A stretch of 64,000 bases of DNA. Source: a virus. Its lineage: Duplodnaviria > Caudoviricetes. The position numbers and the translations under genes are program-made. The notes beneath the pieces were generated by a model. That model was not told the DNA's origin. It searched no databases and saw only the letters and a list, made by a program, of their open reading frames with translations. How positions within the stretch are numbered: position 1 is the first letter of the stretch; every line of letters starts with the position of its first letter. Positions 49,362 through 59,006 of this stretch are shown one piece after another. The stretch spans positions 128,001 through 192,000 of IMG/VR virus record IMGVR_UViG_3300033069_001378. One strand, written 5' to 3'.

Positions 49362-49364
49362 ATC

Positions 49365-49446
49365 ACCTATATCTCCATTTTGGAATAGACTATTGCTTAG
49401 AAACGCCCTTGTCCAACATATTTAAGGGCACTCAAAAGATATAGGT
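49365..49446 (-). promoter_or_regulatory. structured leader with SD-sequestering stem and internal sigma70-like promoter
   Basis: Perfect 10-bp inverted repeat ACCTATATCT/AGATATAGGT covering the AGGT SD; inner GCCCTT/AAGGGC hairpin; TGGACA-N17-TAGTCT inside. Confidence 0.55.
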
Positions 49447-49456
49447 AGAATACAGA

Positions 49457-50428
49457 CTATTTGACTATGTTTTCTATCTCGTGATCATACATGAGCTTAA
49501 CAAGGTCTAAGAATTTCGTTCTTGGAGTCCAACCAAGCTTTTGCTTTGCTTTTGCATAATCACCTAGCAAATAAGGTACTTCCTCGGGTCTGCAAAGACG
49601 TTCATCAAAATGAACGTGCTCCTCAACCGAAAGACCTGCTAGCTTAAACGTTTCATAAAGAAATTCGGTGACTTTGTGAGTCTGACCTGTTGCCAGAACG
49701 TAGTCATCTGGCTTGTCTTGTTGAAGCATTAGCCACATTCCTTCAACGTAGTCAGGTGCGTAGCCCCAATCTCTGTAGGCTTCAAGATTTCCAAGATATA
49801 GCTTATCTTGTACGCCTGTTTTTATTCTGGCTGCTGCCATGGAAATCTTTCTTGTAACAAACGTCTCACCGCGACGTTCTGACTCATGGTTGAACAAGAT
49901 TCCACAGCTTGCATGAAGACCATAGGACTCTCTATAGTTTCTGGTAATGTTATGAGCGTAGAGTTTGGCACAAGCATATGGCGATGCTGGAAGCATCTTT
50001 GATTCTTCTGTATATCCTGTTAATGGGCAAGGAGATACACCATACATTTCCGAGGAGCTTGCCTGATAGAACCTTGCGTTTGGAACAAGCTCCTTCATTG
50101 CGTTCAAGAGCTTAAGTGTACCCATGCTCACGGCTTCCAAAGTCTCTTCGGGCACATCGAACGACACCCTTACATGAGATTGAGCAGCGAGGTTATAGAT
50201 TTCATCTGGCTTGTACCTATTCAGAATCTTGTATAGCGAATGAGAGTCTGTTATGTTTCCCCACTCCATAACAAAATTTGGATGCTTGTAGATATTCTCA
50301 AGCCGTTCTGTGTTGAACGTACTTGTTCTTCTTCTCAAACCAACGACCTTGTAACCCTTTGACAAAAGAAGTTCGGCAAGATGGCTTCCATCCATGCCGG
50401 TGATTCCTGTAATAAACGCTGTCTTCAT
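49457..50428 (-). CDS. gmd: GDP-mannose 4,6-dehydratase
   Basis: [59 protein letters not shown]; start at MKTAF. Confidence 0.95.
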   Translation of the reverse strand: MKTAFITGITGMDGSHLAELLLSKGYKVVGLRRRTSTFNTERLENIYKHPNFVMEWGNITDSHSLYKILNRYKPDEIYNLAAQSHVRVSFDVPEETLEAVSMGTLKLLNAMKELVPNARFYQASSSEMYGVSPCPLTGYTEESKMLPASPYACAKLYAHNITRNYRESYGLHASCGILFNHESERRGETFVTRKISMAAARIKTGVQDKLYLGNLEAYRDWGYAPDYVEGMWLMLQQDKPDDYVLATGQTHKVTEFLYETFKLAGLSVEEHVHFDERLCRPEEVPYLLGDYAKAKQKLGWTPRTKFLDLVKLMYDHEIENIVK

Positions 50429-51420
50429 ATTCCTCTTACCTTTGGATACTGTGATGCGAACCATTCACATGTTTCTTTTAATGCCGTATCAAAGTCAGTA
50501 TAGAATTGAGACTCATCTTGCACAGACGAATCCACAAAAAGATTCATGAAGTTTCCGTTATCGCTTGGCTTTCTAAAGATTCCATTTGGCTTATCATCAT
50601 CCCACTTTACTTGCCACTTGTCATAACCAAATATGTCGCAAACCTTGTTTACAGCGGCACTTATGGCATATTCTTGATTCGTTCCGATATTAACCAAGGT
50701 ATAGTTCTTGTAGAGTCTCTTGCCATTTAGCTTGTTTGCCTTGCATACATGGTCCACTCTATCAATCACAGTCATTATTGCTTTAGCCACATCTTTTGAA
50801 TATGTGAACTGACGTAGAGAACGACCGTTGCCCCAAAAGACAGGACGTTCGTTGGTTAGCTTGGCTTCATAGATTCTTCTAATGATTGCAGGGAGTACAT
50901 GACCATTTTCTAGATCAAAGTTATCGTGCGGACCAAAGATGTTATTTGGAATGACGCAAATATACTTTCTGCCATGCTGTTCTCTATAGATTCTTGATTG
51001 AACGTCTAGCATTCTCTTTGCGTATGCATATCCAAAGTTTGAATCGTGAGGTTCTCCGTCATGGAGATCTCTCTCGTCGTAAGGCATACCTTTTCTTGGC
51101 TTCTCTGGAAAGATGCAAGTGCTCAGCATCGAAACAACCATATCGACGTTGCATGTATGTGCTGCGCGAAGAACGTTTGTGTTGATTGCAAGATTCTCAT
51201 GAAAGAAACCGTCTTGGTCTTTCATGTTGCCTTGAACACCACCAACCTTTGCAGCTAGATGAATGATTACGTCAGGCTGATGCCTACAGAGAAGTCTTAC
51301 AGTGTCTTCATAGCTCTTGAGATCGCAATCTCCAGAACCAACAAGGATACAATTTGGATAAGCCTCGAAAGCTTTTCCAACCATTCCCGTTCCACCTGTT
51401 ACAAGTATTTTCTTTGTCAT
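50425..51420 (-). CDS. fcl: GDP-L-fucose synthase-like epimerase/reductase
   Basis: [42 protein letters not shown]. Confidence 0.9.
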   Translation of the reverse strand: MTKKILVTGGTGMVGKAFEAYPNCILVGSGDCDLKSYEDTVRLLCRHQPDVIIHLAAKVGGVQGNMKDQDGFFHENLAINTNVLRAAHTCNVDMVVSMLSTCIFPEKPRKGMPYDERDLHDGEPHDSNFGYAYAKRMLDVQSRIYREQHGRKYICVIPNNIFGPHDNFDLENGHVLPAIIRRIYEAKLTNERPVFWGNGRSLRQFTYSKDVAKAIMTVIDRVDHVCKANKLNGKRLYKNYTLVNIGTNQEYAISAAVNKVCDIFGYDKWQVKWDDDKPNGIFRKPSDNGNFMNLFVDSSVQDESQFYTDFDTALKETCEWFASQYPKVRGI

Positions 51421-52274
51421 TGTTGTTTGTTCCTGTGGTGCTCAATAACTTTTGCTATGCCAGCTTCCAGATCAATCTTTGGCTGCCAGATTGAAGCTAT
51501 ATTTCTGTTTGGTTCATATGGTGTTTGCTCGTGAACCGTATCTTTTTTGTCTCCGGGGCTCCAAGAAGAACCATTCAGTTGACCTGCTACCAAGTTGGCA
51601 ACGTCTGCAATGGAAGACCACACATAACTTGTCACATTGTAATCAATCGTTCTATCTATGCTGTTGTAGTTTTCCATTAGGGCAATGAAAGCTTCACAAC
51701 AATCATCTGCATGAAGAAACTGTCTCTTCTCAGTACCGTCCGTAAGAAGCTTTGCTTCGTGAGGAGGTTTTATCATCTGCCTAACAAGGTCTGTGATCAC
51801 ATGGGACTTCTCATTGTCCTCTTCGATTCCATAAACATTCCAAAGCCTTGTAACGACTCCACCTAGAGCATACGTGTAAAACTCTCCTAGACGCTTTTGT
51901 ATTCCGTATGGTGAGTTTTGATTATTGGCAAGTTGACTTGAAACAAAGAGAAATGGAGTCTTTGTTCTTTCAAGATTTTCAAATACGTTCGACATAATCT
52001 CCGTATTGCTTTGAAGGAACGGATAAGAGCCCTGTTTTGTATTTAGATACTTCGACCCTCCAACATCAAATGCCAGAAAGAACACAAAGTCGGATTCAAG
52101 AATGTGCCTTGTTAGCGAATAACTGTTTGGTATTCTGATATCTTGAATCAGAGAGTTTTTGATATCAAACTCAAAAACCTCGTAACCATGCTGTCTAAGC
52201 GATTCGGTTAAAGGTTTTCCAATTTGTCCTGCGGAACCGAGGACCAACACTTTTTTGATTTTCTTCTTATTCAT
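51417..52274 (-). CDS. NAD-dependent sugar epimerase/dehydratase (SDR)
   Basis: GSAGQIG, FLAFDVGG, YGIQK, NVYG, RQFLHADD. Confidence 0.85.
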   Translation of the reverse strand: MNKKKIKKVLVLGSAGQIGKPLTESLRQHGYEVFEFDIKNSLIQDIRIPNSYSLTRHILESDFVFFLAFDVGGSKYLNTKQGSYPFLQSNTEIMSNVFENLERTKTPFLFVSSQLANNQNSPYGIQKRLGEFYTYALGGVVTRLWNVYGIEEDNEKSHVITDLVRQMIKPPHEAKLLTDGTEKRQFLHADDCCEAFIALMENYNSIDRTIDYNVTSYVWSSIADVANLVAGQLNGSSWSPGDKKDTVHEQTPYEPNRNIASIWQPKIDLEAGIAKVIEHHRNKQQ

Positions 52275-53433
52275 TTTTTGTCATCATCCATTCGTCGAGC
52301 CAATCTTCTTTTACCACAGAATGATAGCAAGAGTAAATCTCTTCATATATCTCTATGAACTTTTTGATATTTGACTCAAGGGAAAGATGGCTCTCAAATC
52401 TATTTTTTGCTTCCTGTTTCCTAAAACTCAAATAGGATATGTCCTCCAAAAGCTTATTCATTTCAGCTTCGTATGCTGAAACGGAATTGACAACGTTGCC
52501 TCCTGCACCTATCGTCTCTACATGCCCCATTGCTGGCGCTACGTGACTGATTACGGGCAGTCCTGCTCTCATAGCTTCAGCGATAGCCATTCCATACGTC
52601 TCGCCGTCAGAACGACCGTGAGCGAATACGTTTAATGTGTTGAGGAACTTTTGAATCTCGTCATAGTTTCCGCTATGACTTATCTGAAATACTTGCTTAA
52701 GCCCTAGCTTATCTATTTGCTCTTGGTATTTGGAAGAACCTCCCATGATGAGAAATGCTACGCGGGACTTGTGCTTTTTTTCCAAAAGTTGAAATGCTTC
52801 CAATGGAATTGGAGAGAATATTCCGTCATCTACTCTTTGATGAAAGCCATAAACGAATGTTCCTGGCAAGAGCCCGAGGCTATTTCTTAAGTTGGAAGAT
52901 TCTGTTGACTTTGGAAACTCTGTGAGCAAAGGGATTACCTTAACCTTGTGTGGTTCTCCACCGGCTCTAATCCAAGTCTGTGCCTGGAACTCTGAGATAT
53001 GAACAACTGCAAGAGAGTTGCTCTTCCTTTCTGCCATTCCTGGAAGAGTGATTAGGTCCACAACAGGCTTATTGTTGATTAGAGTAAACGGATACTCTGC
53101 ATGACCAGCCCTGGCAGATTGGATTATGTCGTATTTGGATTCGTCAAACAGTTCCCAAAGGTTTGTGTCAACCCAATCATGAGTTGGAACCGTTATGTTC
53201 TTGGCTCCAACGTGAAACTCTATAAGATTGACTCCTGCATCTTCCATGTACTTCTTTCTAGAAGAATCGGTTCCTGCATGAACAACATCAGCCCCAATGT
53301 AGGGTGCTGTGTCACAATAATAGTAATCGACTTGAAATCTGTCTTTTGGCAAATTGGCAGCAATGGTTTGAAGACCTTTTTCGGTTCCACCAGCAGCCAG
53401 TCCTCCAAACTTTATGAATGCAATCTTAATCAC
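52267..53433 (-). CDS. GT-B glycosyltransferase (GT4-like)
   Basis: GGTEK, GETYGMAIAEAMRAGLPVI. Confidence 0.88.
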   Translation of the reverse strand: MIKIAFIKFGGLAAGGTEKGLQTIAANLPKDRFQVDYYYCDTAPYIGADVVHAGTDSSRKKYMEDAGVNLIEFHVGAKNITVPTHDWVDTNLWELFDESKYDIIQSARAGHAEYPFTLINNKPVVDLITLPGMAERKSNSLAVVHISEFQAQTWIRAGGEPHKVKVIPLLTEFPKSTESSNLRNSLGLLPGTFVYGFHQRVDDGIFSPIPLEAFQLLEKKHKSRVAFLIMGGSSKYQEQIDKLGLKQVFQISHSGNYDEIQKFLNTLNVFAHGRSDGETYGMAIAEAMRAGLPVISHVAPAMGHVETIGAGGNVVNSVSAYEAEMNKLLEDISYLSFRKQEAKNRFESHLSLESNIKKFIEIYEEIYSCYHSVVKEDWLDEWMMTKNE

Positions 53434-54170
53434 TTGCTTAGCTTCTTGAAAATTCGATTATGAGTTACGGTAAGCACTTCTTTGTAGTTTGGATTTTTCT
53501 CAATTGTGTCTCGAACAGCATCCGAAACTTCTACAATTCCCTTGAACTGAATATCTCCGAGTCCGTTCATGTTCTTGTGATTCGATGCGTCATCAATTAC
53601 CATATAACCACCCACCTTTAGCATGGCATCGTAGTTCTCAATGTCAAACTTGGCACCTTCATAGGAATGATCTCCATCAATGAGAATCGCATCATATGGT
53701 CCGATCTCTGATGCACCTGCGATTATCTTCTTGTCGGTCGAGAAGCCATCAAAAATCTTTGTGTTGTCAAGAGTCAATTCAAACTGCTTGTATAGCTGCT
53801 TAATCCAAGGGAATCTATTGTAGGCAGCGAAGTCTTTGTCCATGAGTGGAGTAACTGCCGAGATAGAGACGTTCTTGTTTGACTTGTCTGCAAGCATCTG
53901 AATAAGAGAAATGATCTGTCCCTTATAGACTCCTATTTCTAGAAACTTGAAATCGGATGGCATCTCATCGACAATAAGCTTCCACATGTATTGAAGCTCT
54001 CTGTTACCGTGACCATAGATCACACCATTTCTGTAACTCTCTTCAATGAAGTCTCTGTGTGCCTTCAAATAATCAAAACTGTTTGTGCCAGCGAAAAAGT
54101 CTTTTTGTATCTCTTCGTGGCACTCAATGGTGTCTTCGTATGTGGTTATGTAGTCTTGTAAGGTTTTCAT
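53430..54170 (-). CDS. class I SAM-dependent methyltransferase (Methyltransf_24-like)
   Basis: FLEIGVYKG, ILIDGDHSYEG...LKVGGYMVIDD; start at MKTLQ. Confidence 0.85.
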   Translation of the reverse strand: MKTLQDYITTYEDTIECHEEIQKDFFAGTNSFDYLKAHRDFIEESYRNGVIYGHGNRELQYMWKLIVDEMPSDFKFLEIGVYKGQIISLIQMLADKSNKNVSISAVTPLMDKDFAAYNRFPWIKQLYKQFELTLDNTKIFDGFSTDKKIIAGASEIGPYDAILIDGDHSYEGAKFDIENYDAMLKVGGYMVIDDASNHKNMNGLGDIQFKGIVEVSDAVRDTIEKNPNYKEVLTVTHNRIFKKLSK

Positions 54171-54171
54171 T

Positions 54172-55194
54172 CTATTTCCAGTATGAGTAGATGCCCTGTT
54201 CAATCTCGTATTTCATCTTTTTGACTTCTCTGTTTGGTTGAGTCAATGCCCAAGCATACATTTTATCAATCAAAGAATCTAAATCGGTTCCGTCTTTAAA
54301 GTTCAGGATTGTTTTTGCTTTTGTGTGATCGCACCAAGCAAGATGAACTTCTTGTCTTGGTTCAAGATGTTGGATGCCAATATCTTTACCCTCACGACGC
54401 TTCGCTGCCTTTTGAACTGCTTTTGCCAAGTCCAAAATTGTTGTTGGTTGATCTGCTCCAATGTTGAAGGTATGATTTTCGTGCTTGTATATAAGCCTCT
54501 CAAGAGGTGCCATGTAAAAGTCTATGTCAGAGAACGCTCTCACTTGTGTACCGTCACCATAGATTGTTAGGTCTTCGTTGTTAATAGCTTTGCGAATGAA
54601 GATTCCTATTACGTTTCTGTAACGGTCCCAAATGTTCTGGTAAATACCATGAACATTATGTGGTCTAACGATGTTGTACTTCAAACCAAAACGCTTGTTG
54701 GCTTCGAATAGATCAAGCTCCACGGCATGTTTTGCAATTGCATATGGATCGCTTGTCTCTGGTCTTAGAAGCATTTCTTCCGTGAACGGTGGAGTTCCTT
54801 CTCCATAGACAGTCATTGATGACGTGAAAACAAACTTCTCCACGTTGTTTCTTACGCTTGAGTTTATCAGCTTTACAGATGCCATCAAATTGTTCCTGTA
54901 AGAAAACTCTCTGATGAAAGGACTAAGACCACAAGCTGCAAAGGCAGCGAAATGATAAACGTACTTGATGTTGTGTTCAACAAAAATACGATCAAGCTCT
55001 GGCTGCGTTATTTCTCCAAGGTCTGCTTTGACAAAAGTGAACTTGTCAGAAGACTTTGGAAGGAAGTCTTCGTATCCACCCGACAAGTCATCGATTCCAA
55101 CCACTTGATATCCTGCATTCAAAAGATATCTTGAGAAGTTAGCTCCAAAGAGTCCTGCGACTCCAGTTATTAGAACCTTTTTCACCTGGCTCAT
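54172..55194 (-). CDS. NAD-dependent sugar epimerase/dehydratase (SDR)
   Basis: GVAGLFG, DDLSGG, HFAA, TSSMTVYG, YAIAK, RPHNVHG. Confidence 0.9.
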   Translation of the reverse strand: MSQVKKVLITGVAGLFGANFSRYLLNAGYQVVGIDDLSGGYEDFLPKSSDKFTFVKADLGEITQPELDRIFVEHNIKYVYHFAAFAACGLSPFIREFSYRNNLMASVKLINSSVRNNVEKFVFTSSMTVYGEGTPPFTEEMLLRPETSDPYAIAKHAVELDLFEANKRFGLKYNIVRPHNVHGIYQNIWDRYRNVIGIFIRKAINNEDLTIYGDGTQVRAFSDIDFYMAPLERLIYKHENHTFNIGADQPTTILDLAKAVQKAAKRREGKDIGIQHLEPRQEVHLAWCDHTKAKTILNFKDGTDLDSLIDKMYAWALTQPNREVKKMKYEIEQGIYSYWK

Positions 55195-55197
55195 CGT

Positions 55198-55878
55198 TCA
55201 TGCCTTCTTCTTTTTGATTAGGACCAAGAAATAGTGCGCCATTGTTCTAACAACATGTGAGAACGGATATGCTTGTACGTTATAGGAAGAAAGAATATGC
55301 TCTTTCCAAAACTGCTCTGGAAAGACAGACTGATGCAAATGAATGATTCCGCCATCTGGAAGCTCTCTGTAGTCTGGTCCTGTGTTGATACTTCCGATGA
55401 AGACTCCATCCTCTGCAAGATTATCGAATACGTACGAGAAGAATGTGTGAATCTCTGTTGGATGAATGTGCTCGATGACTTCCCAGGCACTAATCACATC
55501 GAACAAAACCTTTTCTCCATTCTTTTCAACGTGATATGGCTTTGTCAAATCTGCTGTATGAAGAACTGTCTTGTGATATTCTGGCCAGTTATGAAGTCCT
55601 CTCTTGATTGAGTGATCCGAGCCTTCAAGACCAATTGAGAAATGACCTCTCTTGGCAAAGTCAACGGCAAGCTGTCCACCAGCACAACCAATGTCCATAT
55701 AGTTGAACTTTTCCTTGCCCATGTTGTCAAGAACGTACTTCTCAACTTCGGCAAGATAGCCATCAGATGAATGGTTGTCGTTAATTGTACCAACAGGACA
55801 AATGTGATCGGGAGATTGTTCAGCTACAGTAGCTTGTGCTACGATTTCTACGTTTTCGTATTTCTCTTTGTCAAACAT
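55198..55878 (-). CDS. class I SAM-dependent methyltransferase
   Basis: MDIGCAGG, FDVISAWEVIEHI. Confidence 0.85.
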   Translation of the reverse strand: MFDKEKYENVEIVAQATVAEQSPDHICPVGTINDNHSSDGYLAEVEKYVLDNMGKEKFNYMDIGCAGGQLAVDFAKRGHFSIGLEGSDHSIKRGLHNWPEYHKTVLHTADLTKPYHVEKNGEKVLFDVISAWEVIEHIHPTEIHTFFSYVFDNLAEDGVFIGSINTGPDYRELPDGGIIHLHQSVFPEQFWKEHILSSYNVQAYPFSHVVRTMAHYFLVLIKKKKA

Positions 55879-56785
55879 GATTCTTAATCCATTCCTTGAG
55901 GCTTACTTGTGGCTCAAATCCCAATTCTTTTCTCGCTAGCTTGATATTTGCCATTGTCAATTTTGGTTCGATGCGCTCTGGCAAGAACTTGACGTTTTTT
56001 ACACCAAACATATCGCTTATTATTTGGTTTAGGCTGTATTGTGTTCCTGAGCCTACGTTGTAGATAGCAAACTTCTCTTTGCAGTCGAATGCTGCTTTTA
56101 CATTTGCCTGAACAACATCGTCTACGCATACGAAGTCTCTAACTTGGTTTCCGTCGCCTGTGACAGTCAAAGGCTTTCCTTGTTTTAGCTGCTCCATCCA
56201 GATTCCGATTACTGGAACATAGGAGCCGATTGTTGGCTGTCTGTTTCCGTAGACGTTGAAGTATCTTAGGCAGATTGCTTCAAGACCATAGAGGTCCGAG
56301 AACAGCTTCAAATACTGTTCTCCAATTTGCTTATGAAGAGCATAGGGAGACATTGGATTGCATGGTTCGTCTTCCGAGGTAGGGACATTTTGAGGTTGTC
56401 CATAAACAGACGAAGAGGAACTAAACACAATTCTCTTGACTTGCGTTCCACAAAGCTTCATTGCTTCAAGAAGATTGACGGTACCGTCGATGTTAATCTT
56501 ATGGCTTGTAAATGGATCTATGATTGAAGGCTCAACTCTTGGAAGAGCAGCTACGTGAAACACAAGCTCTATATTGTTTGTCTTGATGTATGATTCTATG
56601 TTGCAGACGTTATTCGCTTGCGACAGATCCAGCATGAGAAAGTCTGCGTTTGGATTTACGTACTCAATGAATCCTGTTGACAGATCATCAATAACAAAAA
56701 CATTGTGTCCAAGCTCAACAAGCCTGTCTACAAGATTGCTTCCAATAAAGCCTGCTCCACCTGTTACCAATATGTTCTTTGTCAT
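55871..56785 (-). CDS. NDP-sugar 4-epimerase (GalE/WbpP-like SDR)
   Basis: GGAGFIGS, DDLSTG, SSSSVYG, SPYALHK, RYFNVYG, RDFVCVDD. Confidence 0.9.
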   Translation of the reverse strand: MTKNILVTGGAGFIGSNLVDRLVELGHNVFVIDDLSTGFIEYVNPNADFLMLDLSQANNVCNIESYIKTNNIELVFHVAALPRVEPSIIDPFTSHKINIDGTVNLLEAMKLCGTQVKRIVFSSSSSVYGQPQNVPTSEDEPCNPMSPYALHKQIGEQYLKLFSDLYGLEAICLRYFNVYGNRQPTIGSYVPVIGIWMEQLKQGKPLTVTGDGNQVRDFVCVDDVVQANVKAAFDCKEKFAIYNVGSGTQYSLNQIISDMFGVKNVKFLPERIEPKLTMANIKLARKELGFEPQVSLKEWIKNHV

Positions 56786-57513
56786 TTTCTATTCTTCTTA
56801 TCTTCTTCGGCTTGCCAGATTCTTTCTCTGAGTCCTGTTGTTGACCAACCGTGACTCCTATCAATGTAGTGAATAGGGATGCCTAAATCTTGTCCAGTAT
56901 ACGATTTTCCATCGTAGTCTGTACCCAAAAACCGTATTTGCGGCTTCTTATCTTTCATCAGTTGAACAAGGCTCTCTTCTGTATCATAAGCAATAACCTC
57001 ATCAACGTATTTGATGGAGGAAAGAACAATCATTCTTTCTTCCAATGACTGAACTGGTCTATTCTTTGATTTTCTTTCAACAGAAGGGTCTGTATGAATT
57101 CCACAAATGAGATAGTCACAGTTCTCCTTTGCTTCTTTCAACATTTTGATATATCCAGGATGCATCAAGTCAAACGAGCTTGCAACAAACCCAATCTTTT
57201 CATGTAGGTTGTTTTCCTTACGCCAGTCTTTGATGTTCATAACCTTGTCGTCAATCAGAAGGTCAAAGTGAGGCTTTGAGTTCATGATTAGTTCACTGAA
57301 ATACACTCCCCACCGATTGAGTTGATTTAGAGTGAAGTCCGACCAATCTTTTCCTGATACGCATCCTCTTGCGGTGAAAATCTTTATTGTGTTGCCTTGT
57401 CTATAAAGTTCGTTCACATGGTCAATAACGTCTTGGTATGGCAATGCCATTTCATATTGACCGTTTTGAGTCAACGTACACAAGGTTCCATCGAGGTCAA
57501 AGCAATAGATCAT
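56782..57513 (-). CDS. HAD phosphatase - cytidylyltransferase-family nucleotidyltransferase fusion
   Basis: N-terminal FDLDGT, TARG, KP, IDDK; C-terminal SSFDLMHPGY (HIGH variant), RPVQSLEER, GTDY, WSTT. Confidence 0.88.
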   Translation of the reverse strand: MIYCFDLDGTLCTLTQNGQYEMALPYQDVIDHVNELYRQGNTIKIFTARGCVSGKDWSDFTLNQLNRWGVYFSELIMNSKPHFDLLIDDKVMNIKDWRKENNLHEKIGFVASSFDLMHPGYIKMLKEAKENCDYLICGIHTDPSVERKSKNRPVQSLEERMIVLSSIKYVDEVIAYDTEESLVQLMKDKKPQIRFLGTDYDGKSYTGQDLGIPIHYIDRSHGWSTTGLRERIWQAEEDKKNRK

Positions 57514-57516
57514 TTT

Positions 57517-58029
57517 TCAGTTGCCCAAGATTGAATGGAGGAATATCTGGTGTACGCACTCTACAACTCCGTAGTCTTTGGATGGTACCCAAAAGTTTAG
57601 AAGCCTATATTCAGACTGCATTTTACACAAAGGATTCGATGACGAAAAACCAGACAAGGATATCCATCTTATTCCATTGCTCTCACAATAGTCGGCTGTG
57701 TTCAAGATGTTCATGGAATTTCCAGATGACGAAATGAGAATGACAAGAGTGTCATCCTTGTCTGCAAACTCTTTTACAAACTGCCTATACGCTTCATCTC
57801 TACCGTAGTCGTTGATGTAACAAGTAAGTCTTGATGGATCGGAAAACGAAAAAGCTCTCTTTCCCAGTTGCTTCGTATAGTCTTGAGAAATATGAGAAGC
57901 AATAGAGTTTGAACCACCGTTTCCAATGATTATGATCTGCTTGTATTTTGGTGAAGTAATGATATCCTTAAGACTGCTCGCGCATTCGTAAGCAATATCG
58001 ATTCCTTCTTGAAGTTCTTGTTTGTTCAT
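57517..58029 (-). CDS. SIS-domain phosphoheptose isomerase-like protein (GmhA-like)
   Basis: GNGGSNSIASH, NDYG, ISSSGNSMNI, YGVVECVHQIFLH. Confidence 0.85.
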   Translation of the reverse strand: MNKQELQEGIDIAYECASSLKDIITSPKYKQIIIIGNGGSNSIASHISQDYTKQLGKRAFSFSDPSRLTCYINDYGRDEAYRQFVKEFADKDDTLVILISSSGNSMNILNTADYCESNGIRWISLSGFSSSNPLCKMQSEYRLLNFWVPSKDYGVVECVHQIFLHSILGN

Positions 58030-59006
58030 ATGATGTGTCCCTTTACTCCACTGTCAGATACGAAAATAGAAATAGGCTCATGTTCCATTCCATCTTTTTT
58101 CATTCGTTCTTTCAGTTTAGTCACACAATTTGGCTTTAGCAAAAGAAAAAAGTAGCCTCCTGCTCCTGCGCCAAGCAATTTGTATCCAAGCACATATGGT
58201 TCGTTTAACAAATCTTCGAACTTATGGAAATCATCAATCTCATCAAAGATCTTTGGAGAGCTTTGTCTCTTGGCTATCCAAGCCTGGTTAAACGTTTTTA
58301 GAAACCCTTCGGTGTCTCCAAGGTCCAAGGACTCATCCACCCTGTCTACAAGGGCAAGGAGCGAATATGATTTTGATACGTCGATAGATTTGAGAACCTC
58401 TGTCGAGCTTCTCTTGATTCCGGTATAGACAAGGCACATATCGAAATTGTCTTGAAGGAACTTAGTCTCGAAGTATCGGAACTTTGGCTTCTTTCCTTTT
58501 TCAAAAACAATACGCTTGAATCCAGAAATGCCACAACCATATGAGTCTTGGTATCCTGTAAGTGGATTGAACTCTCTTTCAAGCTCAATTGACAGTTTGC
58601 ATATTTCGAAATCGCTAATGTCAAGACCAAGATAGAGAGATACAGCCTTGATTGTAGCAATCATGTAGGCAGAAGAAGTAGCAAGTCCAGAGCCATGACT
58701 GATAATGTCACTGTTGAACGTGATCGTAATGTTCTTCTTGTCGTTTGTTACTTCAAGTTCTTTTCTAAAGTGTCTCATTACCACTCTAACCACGTCATTT
58801 TTGATTTGGTCAATCGAATCAACCTCTTCCTTATGAGAGTAGTTGACGATGATCTTGTTTCTGTGGTTCGTATGAAGAGTCACATACACGTAAAGATTTG
58901 AAGGAAAGCTTATTACCGAACCTGTTCCATAGGTATCAATAAACTCCTCCAAATCAGTTGAACCTCCAACAAGGGAGATTCTAAGTGGACACTTGGTAAC
59001 GATCAT
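58026..59006 (-). CDS. GHMP sugar kinase, HddA-like (heptose-7-phosphate 1-kinase)
   Basis: PLRISLVGGSTD, GSGLATSSA, GYQD, YTGIKR, KLLGAGAGG; start at MIVTK. Confidence 0.88.
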   Translation of the reverse strand: MIVTKCPLRISLVGGSTDLEEFIDTYGTGSVISFPSNLYVYVTLHTNHRNKIIVNYSHKEEVDSIDQIKNDVVRVVMRHFRKELEVTNDKKNITITFNSDIISHGSGLATSSAYMIATIKAVSLYLGLDISDFEICKLSIELEREFNPLTGYQDSYGCGISGFKRIVFEKGKKPKFRYFETKFLQDNFDMCLVYTGIKRSSTEVLKSIDVSKSYSLLALVDRVDESLDLGDTEGFLKTFNQAWIAKRQSSPKIFDEIDDFHKFEDLLNEPYVLGYKLLGAGAGGYFFLLLKPNCVTKLKERMKKDGMEHEPISIFVSDSGVKGHII

